A DNA stretch of 64,000 nt from Octopus sinensis. Its lineage: Eukaryota. The DNA lies in assembly GCF_006345805.1 (NCBI RefSeq), contig NC_043000.1:152210001-152274000 (forward strand). The letters run 5' to 3'. This document shows positions 50,501 through 58,400 of this stretch, piece after piece. Made by a program: the position numbers and the translations under genes. Position 1 is the first letter of the stretch. Each line of letters starts with the position of its first letter. The notes below the pieces were generated by a model that was not told the origin of the DNA, did no database searches, and saw only the letters and a list, made by a program, of their open reading frames with translations.

Positions 50501-53500
50501 AACCAGTATAGGTGGTGCTGGCATCGGCCACGTTTGGATGGTGCTTTTTACGTGCCACCAGCACGGAAGCCAGTCTAGGTGGCGCTGGCATCGGCCACGT
50601 TCAGATGGTGCTTTTTACGTGCCAATATACTGTCGTTTTAACTCTAAGGAATTAGAGATGACAATGATCATCATCATTGTTTTTACATTTGTTCTTTTTT
50701 TCATGTTTGCATGAGTTAGATGAGTCTTCCCTGGCACAGCATCTCTTCACTTGCTATTCTTCATCATCTCCTTTATAAAATTTGGCATCTTGAGATACAC
50801 TTGCACTTTTTCTTTTGTAACTTAGTCTTTCACTTTTACAGGTTTCTTCAACTTGATCCCTTGAAATTTCTTTTCTTTGTATGCATCACATGCCCCTACT
50901 TGCACAATCTTTTCTCATGCACACTACATTTGATTCTTCTTATATCCAGTTATTTTCTTTTCCTGATCCCATCTGTGCATCACTGTTCATACACAATAAC
51001 AGTCTATATCCATCAGAATATGACTCATCAATTTCTACCCAGTCTTCTCATATTTAGTACTAATATGTTGATATCATGTAATATCACAGTTTGTACGCCA
51101 GTATCATGATGGGATGGAAGCACTCTGTCGGTTACGACGATGAGGGTTCCGGTTGATCCGATCAACGGAACAGCCTGCTCGTGAAATTAACGTGTAAGTG
51201 GCTGAGCACTCCACAGACACGTGTACCCTTAACGTAGTTCTCGGGGATATTCAGCGTGACACAAAAAGTGACAAGGCCGGCCCTTTGAAATACAGGTACA
51301 ACAGAAACAGGAAGTAAGAGTGAGAGAAAGTTGTGGTGAAAGAGTACAGTAGGGATCACTACCATCCCTGCCGGAGCTTCGTGGAGCTTTAGGTGTTTTC
51401 GCTCAATAAACACTCACAACGCCCGGTCTGGGAATCGAAACCGCGATCCTACGACCGCGAGCCTGCTGCCCTAACCACTAGGCCATTGCGCCTCCACTAC
51501 GCCAGTATCATAGCTTTCATATGAAGGGAGAGAACCCTTCAATGTCAGTAAACTTATTCTATTTCAGTCAATTCCTAGCTACTCTACTTTCACATCACCA
51601 TCTTCCACTGTTAATTAAGTCTGCTACCTAATAGAAGCTATCATCTACTTCTTTGAAAATTCTAAAGGCTCATTCTTTCATATGATGATGATGATCATCA
51701 TCATCATTTAACGTCCGTTTTCCATGCTAGCATGGTTTGGACGGTTCGACTGGGGTCTGGGAAGCCAGAAGGCTGCACCAGGCTCCAGTCTGATCTGGCA
51801 GTGTTTCTACAGCTGGATGCCCTTCCTAATGTCAACCACTCCGTGAGTATCGTAGGTGCTTTTTATGTGCCAGGGGAGGCTGGCAGCAGCCACGATTGGT
51901 TGGTGCTTTTCACGTGCCACCGGCACAGAAGCCAGTCAAGGTGGCACTGGCATCGGCATGTTTGGATGGTGCCTTTTACGTGCCACCAGCACAGCTATTA
52001 CTACTACAATTTCCATTTGATATTTATTTTGATGTTGATGTACTTGACTCAATAGGCCTCCTCAAGCACAGCAGGTCACATGCCACCGGCACAGAAGCCA
52101 GTCAAGGCGGCGCTAGCATTGGCCACGTTCAGATAGAAATTCTAACCTCTGCACCTGCCACATGTGAAGTCTAGCTTATCTATCAAACAGTCTGTGATTC
52201 TACTACATCTCTTATACATATTTTTATACTTGATACATTGTATGAAATTTCCATCAACTAATTTTCTGCATAAAAAGTGTGACCACTTCATGGATGGTAG
52301 TGCAGACTTGTCTTCTTTCTTGCTAATTAAAACTTTTGTTCCTAGATTTATTTTAAGGTCTCTCAGTTCTTGACTTTGTTTCAGCATTTGGAACATTTTT
52401 GTTACCTCTTTGAAAAATTAAGTTATGAGTTGTAGATCATTTGCAATACAGAAGTTCCTAAGGACATGTGGTTATGATCTAGGGAACTGTAGTAAACAGG
52501 AGAGAGCTGATCACTGATCCCTGATTAACACTTATCTGTAAACTAAATTTTTACTAGCTGCATCTCTGTACATAACTTGCAAAGCTCTCACAAAATGTTC
52601 CTTTATACTTAATTTTCTTTGTAGCCATCAGACTACTGCTTGTGGAACTTTCTGAAGGTTATCTCTGGATCAACAATTGCTAAATATAGTGGCTTAGTAA
52701 AATTAATTGAGGCATAAGTATAGGCTAAGTGGTTAGGAAGTTTGCTTCCCTGACCATATGACTTCGGGTACTGCATGGCAGCTTGGGCAAGTGCCTTCTA
52801 TAATTTCAGATCAACCAAAGTGGATTTGGTAGATGGAAACTGCAAGAAGCCCATAGTGTGTGTGTGTGTGTGTTTTGATATAACATTATAGTTGTAAATG
52901 AGTGTCACTGTCATCTTAACAATATCATCCATTTCTCGTATGCTGTGAAAATATTTTTTGCCATAGAGAATATTAACTTGCTTGGTAACAGGTGAGGTTT
53001 GGTGACAGGAAGAGCATCCAACCACAGAAAATCTACCTCAATAAAACTCTGTCTGACCTGTGTAAGCATAGAAAAAGTGGATGTTAAAAGGATGATGATG
53101 TACCTGTTATTTTAGGTGCTGGAAATGGATGAAAGAGTAGAGCATCAAATAAAATGTATACAAAGATTTTATTTACGTTTCTACAGTTGGATGCTCTTCC
53201 TAATGCCAGCCACTCCAAGGGTGTAATGGGTGCTTTTTACATACCATCAGCATGGGAACCAGTCAGGTGGCACTGGCACAAGCCACGTTCTGATGGTGCA
53301 TTTTAGATGCTACCGGCACAGGTGCCAGTCAGAGCAGGGGGCTGGCATTGACCACATTCAGATGGTGCTTTTTACGTACCACTGGCATGGGGAGCCAGTT
53401 AAGCGGCACTGGCAATGACACATACATGAGTGGTGCTTATTGTATGCCACCAGCATGGGAACCAGTCAGGTGGTACTGGCATTGGCCACAACTACAATTT

Positions 53501-54635
53501 CTATTTGATTATGATTTAATATTTGATTTTTGATTTTACTTGACTCAATAGGTCTCTTCAAGCATGGAATGTCGCACGACGATTCAAAGGTACTTTTTAA
53601 GTGGGTTGGTTATGCAACACTGGTGTAGGTTACAGCTGTGATCTCATTTTACTTGCTGGGTCTTCTCAGTCACAGTATATCCCCAGAGGTCTTGGTCCTT
53701 CGTCATTGCATCTGTGAGGCTCAAAGTTCGAAAGTCATGCTTCACCACCTCATCCCATGTGTTCCTGGGTCTCCCTCTTCCATGGGTTCTTTCCACTGTT
53801 AGGGAGTGACACTTCTTCACACAGCTCTCCTCATCCATACACAGCACATGACCATACCAGTGCAGTCGTCTCTCTTGCACACCACAGCTGATGCTTCTTA
53901 TGTCCAACATTTCTCTCAGGGAGCTTACACTCTGTCGTGTGTGCACACTGACATTGGAAGCACTCCGTCAGTTACGACGACGAGGGTTCCGGTTGATCCG
54001 AATCAACAGAACAGCCTGCTTGTGAAATTAACGTGTAAGTGGCTGAGCACTCCACAGACATGTGCACCCTTAACGTAGTTCTCGGGGATATTCAGCATGA
54101 CACAGAGAGTGACAAGGCCGGCCCTTTGAAATACAGGTACAACAGAAACAGGAAGTAAGAGTGAGAGAAAGTTGTGGTGAAAGAGTACAGCAGGGATCAC
54201 CACCATCCCCTGCCAGAGCCTCGTGGAGCTTTTGGTGTTTTCGCTCAATAAACACTCACAACGCCCGGTCTGGGAATAACCAATGGGCCATTGCGCCTCC
54301 ACACACTGACATTACACATCCAGCGGATCATATGAGTTTCATTTCTTTCAAATCTATGCATGTCTTCAGCAGTCACAGCGCCCATGTTTCACTACAGCAT
54401 AGCATGGCAGTTCGCACACATGTATCATACAATCTACCTTTCACTCTGAGCAAGATATTGTGAGGGAAGTAGAAGATATATAGAAAGACTGGGAGGGGGA
54501 AAGAAAGGAAGGATAAAACAAAGTAAAAGAGAGATAGAGAGAGAGGTGGAAGAAGAACGGGTAAATTGTAAATACAAAAATAATGCATGAAAAGAAAGGA
54601 AAGACGGAGAGAGGGGGAAAATTATGGATACATCT

Positions 54636-54677
<42 letters not shown>

Positions 54678-55420
54678 CAGAACAATTAAGATTCACATGA
54701 ATTCAAATGAATATGGTACTTAACTTAGATGCATCAGAATTCTTTATGGTATTAACCATAAAAATATGTGGGGTGATTATAACCAAGAAAAAAGTAACAA
54801 GAATGGATCAGTAATTTAGTACAATTGTTTCATACTAAGAACATTTTATTTAAAGCTGCAAATATTACAGCAAATATAATGTTAAGTATTCATCAGCTAA
54901 ATCACATATATGTTTTCCAAACATCCTAGAGAGTGTAAATATCCTTGTACATGCATCTTTAATTTTGTATTTTTTTTCTTGTATGTATTTTTTTGTGCAG
55001 TTCTTTGTTACATCCCTTTTTGTGTTACATTTTTTTCTTGCTCGTTTTACACCCCTCTACGAGGTTACTTTATTTTAATTCTCTCGTGGAAGGCCTAGCA
55101 TGGCCATACGTGTTCTGTCTCTGCCTTCGAAACACGTGTCTGCTAGTGACAGCTGATGAAGGGGATTTTTCTTTGTGTAGCATGCCCTGTACTTCGTTTT
55201 TCTGTTGCACATAATTGTTTTTCCCGTTTTCGTTTCATCTTGTTCCATGTCTCTGTCCTTCTGTTGTAACAAAATGTCTTTTCCGTTTTCGTTCTGTTGA
55301 TTTTTTCGTCTTCCTGTGATGTCCTGTACGTATATATATTTATATATGCATGTATATATACATGTAGATGTCGGTACGTACATATATGTTTGTATTATGC
55401 ATATATTTTATTTATTACAC

Positions 55421-55478
<58 letters not shown>

Positions 55479-58400
55479 ATATTATTGGGTAACAACAGTC
55501 TAAATAAAGATCTATTACACAAGTATTATTTAATTGATTAAATAATAGTGGATATCAAGAATCATTAAATCATTGGAAAATGCCCTGCAGCATTTGTTCC
55601 AGTTCTTTACATTCTGAGTTCAAATTCTGTTGTGATCAGTTTTGCCTTTTATTTTACTGGAGTTGATAATGTTCTAGTCAAGTAGTGGGCTCAGAGTAAT
55701 TGATAAATTCCTTCCCTTAAATTTTCTGGCTGTGTACTGATATTGGTGTCATGAAACAGTCACCCATGCCAGTAGCACGTAAAAAAGCACCATTTTGGGC
55801 ACTGGGCCTCACAAAGGCAATGTGGCCAATGCCAGGGTCACATAACAGACACCTGTGGCCGTGATGTTTAGAAGCACCCATTACACTCTTGGAGTGGTTG
55901 GCAGTAGGAGGGGCATCCAGCTATAAAAACCATGCCAAATCAGACTGGAGTCTGGTGCAGCCCCTTTGCTTACCAGCCCTGGTCAAACTGTCCAAGTTAT
56001 GTCAGCATGGACAACGGACATTAAATGATGATGATGGTGTGCTTTTGTAAAAGATAATTGTTAAATCATTTCCTTTCTTCAAAGGTAAAACTGTATTTTA
56101 TGTCTTTTGAGTTTTTATAATGATTTTTAGTTCTTGAAGTTAATTATTTAATGTTTTACTTCAGATGTCTGAGAGAAATATCCCAGGTGACCAATACTGT
56201 GGTCACTCTTTACGAGGACACACATTTACATTTGACTCTGCTGTATTAATAACAATGCATACTGACAATAGCAGTTTGGCAAAAGGATTTAAGCTTAAGT
56301 ATTCACAAGGTAAGTCAAATAATGATTTTACTCTTTTACTCGTTTCAGTCATTTGACTGCGGCCATGCTGGAGCACCACCTTTAATCGAGCAACTCGACC
56401 CCGGGACTTATTTTTTGTAAGCCCAGTACTTATTCTATCGGTCTCTTTTGCCAAACTGCTAAGTGACGGGGACATAAACACACCAACATCGGTTGTCAAG
56501 CAATGCTAGGGGGACAAACACAGACACACAAACACATATATATATATATATACATATATATGATGGGCTTCTTTCAGTTTCCGTCTACCAAATCCACTCA
56601 CAAGGCTTTGGTCGGCCCGAGGCTATAGTAGAAGACACTTGCCCAAGGTGCCACGCAGTGGGACTGAACCCAACACCATGTGGCTGGTAAGCAAGCTACT
56701 TACCACACAGCCACTCCTGTGCCTATATTTTATTTGACTTTTTTTTTACTTTTTTTCTAAAGTGCAACTAAAGAATGTTTTTGTTATAAACTGAATTCAC
56801 TTTCTTACTTTTCCTGATTATATGCATTCTAAGTATCTGTTGCAAGTCTGCATGTTTTAGAGAAGGAAGAATCATATGGCTTTGAAATATAATGCTATTG
56901 ATTACGAAAGATTTTGAAATATATCAAAACAATATTGTAGCTGTTTTTACTTGTAATTATAAATTATATAGGCTTTAGATTTTGATTTTTCATTCTGTAC
57001 TAAAAAATATATCAAAATGCTTTTAGTTTTTTATTGTTATACCTTAGATTTCTAATTTTAAAACGTGTTATTTTCAAAGAGAAGGAACTCCAGTCTGCCC
57101 CTTGTGTCACATAGGTTGTATGTTATGCAGTGATACTTTACCATTCTGTCTTGAGAAACATAAGCTTAACCACGAGGGCATGATTAAGGCTGAGTTTAGG
57201 ATTCAACTTGAGGTTGAAAGAAAGAATGTCAGATGTGAGCTTTGTGTAATATATATATATATATGGTAAAGGCGCGTGGCTTAGTGGTTAGGGCATTTGG
57301 CTTACGATTGTAAGGTCATGAGTTCAATTCCTGGTGACATGTTGTGTCCTTGAGCAAGACACTTTATTTCATGTTGCTCCAGTCCACTCATTAACCAGCT
57401 CGAGAAGGTGTTTTCTGAGGTTAAAAAATTGTAGTAACATTGTTCTGTATAGAACAACCATGTTGAAATAGTAACGAGCATTACTTTTCAGTATTGTTAC
57501 TGCTTGCATCTCTTATAGAGATTTTAGAACTGGCTACTTTGATTGTTGCAAGATCAGTGGTGGAATCTCTCTTATTTTCCTATATATTGTAAGCTAGAGT
57601 GAATGACTGCCATTTCTAGCAGACGGGTTTTTGTTGTTTTTTGAAGAATACTAAGCGGAGTTTTTTTGCGTGAAGCCACCATCGTTGCGTGGAAGTGAAT
57701 AATGGAAGAAAAGAAGAGTTACATGGAAGCTACTGGAGGATCGAGATAAACCTTTGGTTTTCTTTTAGTTAAAAAAAGGAATAAGTAAGGACTATGGCAT
57801 TTATAGTTGTGGTACCAGTGCCGGTGGCACATAAGAGAACCATCCGAACGTGGTCGTAGCCAGCACTGCATCAACTGGCCTCCGTGCTGGTGGCACGTAA
57901 CAAACACCATCCGATCGTGGCCGTTGCCAGCCTCGCCTGGCCTCCGTGCCGGTGGCACGTAAAAAGCACCATCCGAGCGTGGCCGTTCGCCAGCCTCGTC
58001 TGGCACCTGTGTCGGTGGCACATAAAAAGCACCCACTACACTCATGGAGTGGTTGGCGTTAGGAAGGGCATCCAGCTGTAGAAACACCGCCAGATATGAC
58101 TGGCCTGGTGCAGCCTTCTGGCTTGCCAGACCCCAGTTGAACCGTCCAACTCATGCCAGCATGGAAAGCGGACTTTAAACGATGATGATAATGATGTATG
58201 AACATTGGTTTAAAAGGGTTATTATGGTAGGGCAAAAGTGAAGAGGGAAGTCGTGGTTTTGCCTCGGAGTGAGGCTAAAGGTTATGTTAAAGCAATACAT
58301 GGTTTCATCTTGCAATGGGAATGAGAGGGCCGATTCATTTGAATTGTAAATATATTCATTTCCCACTCATCCTTCATATGTTTTATGTTCCCGCATCTAG

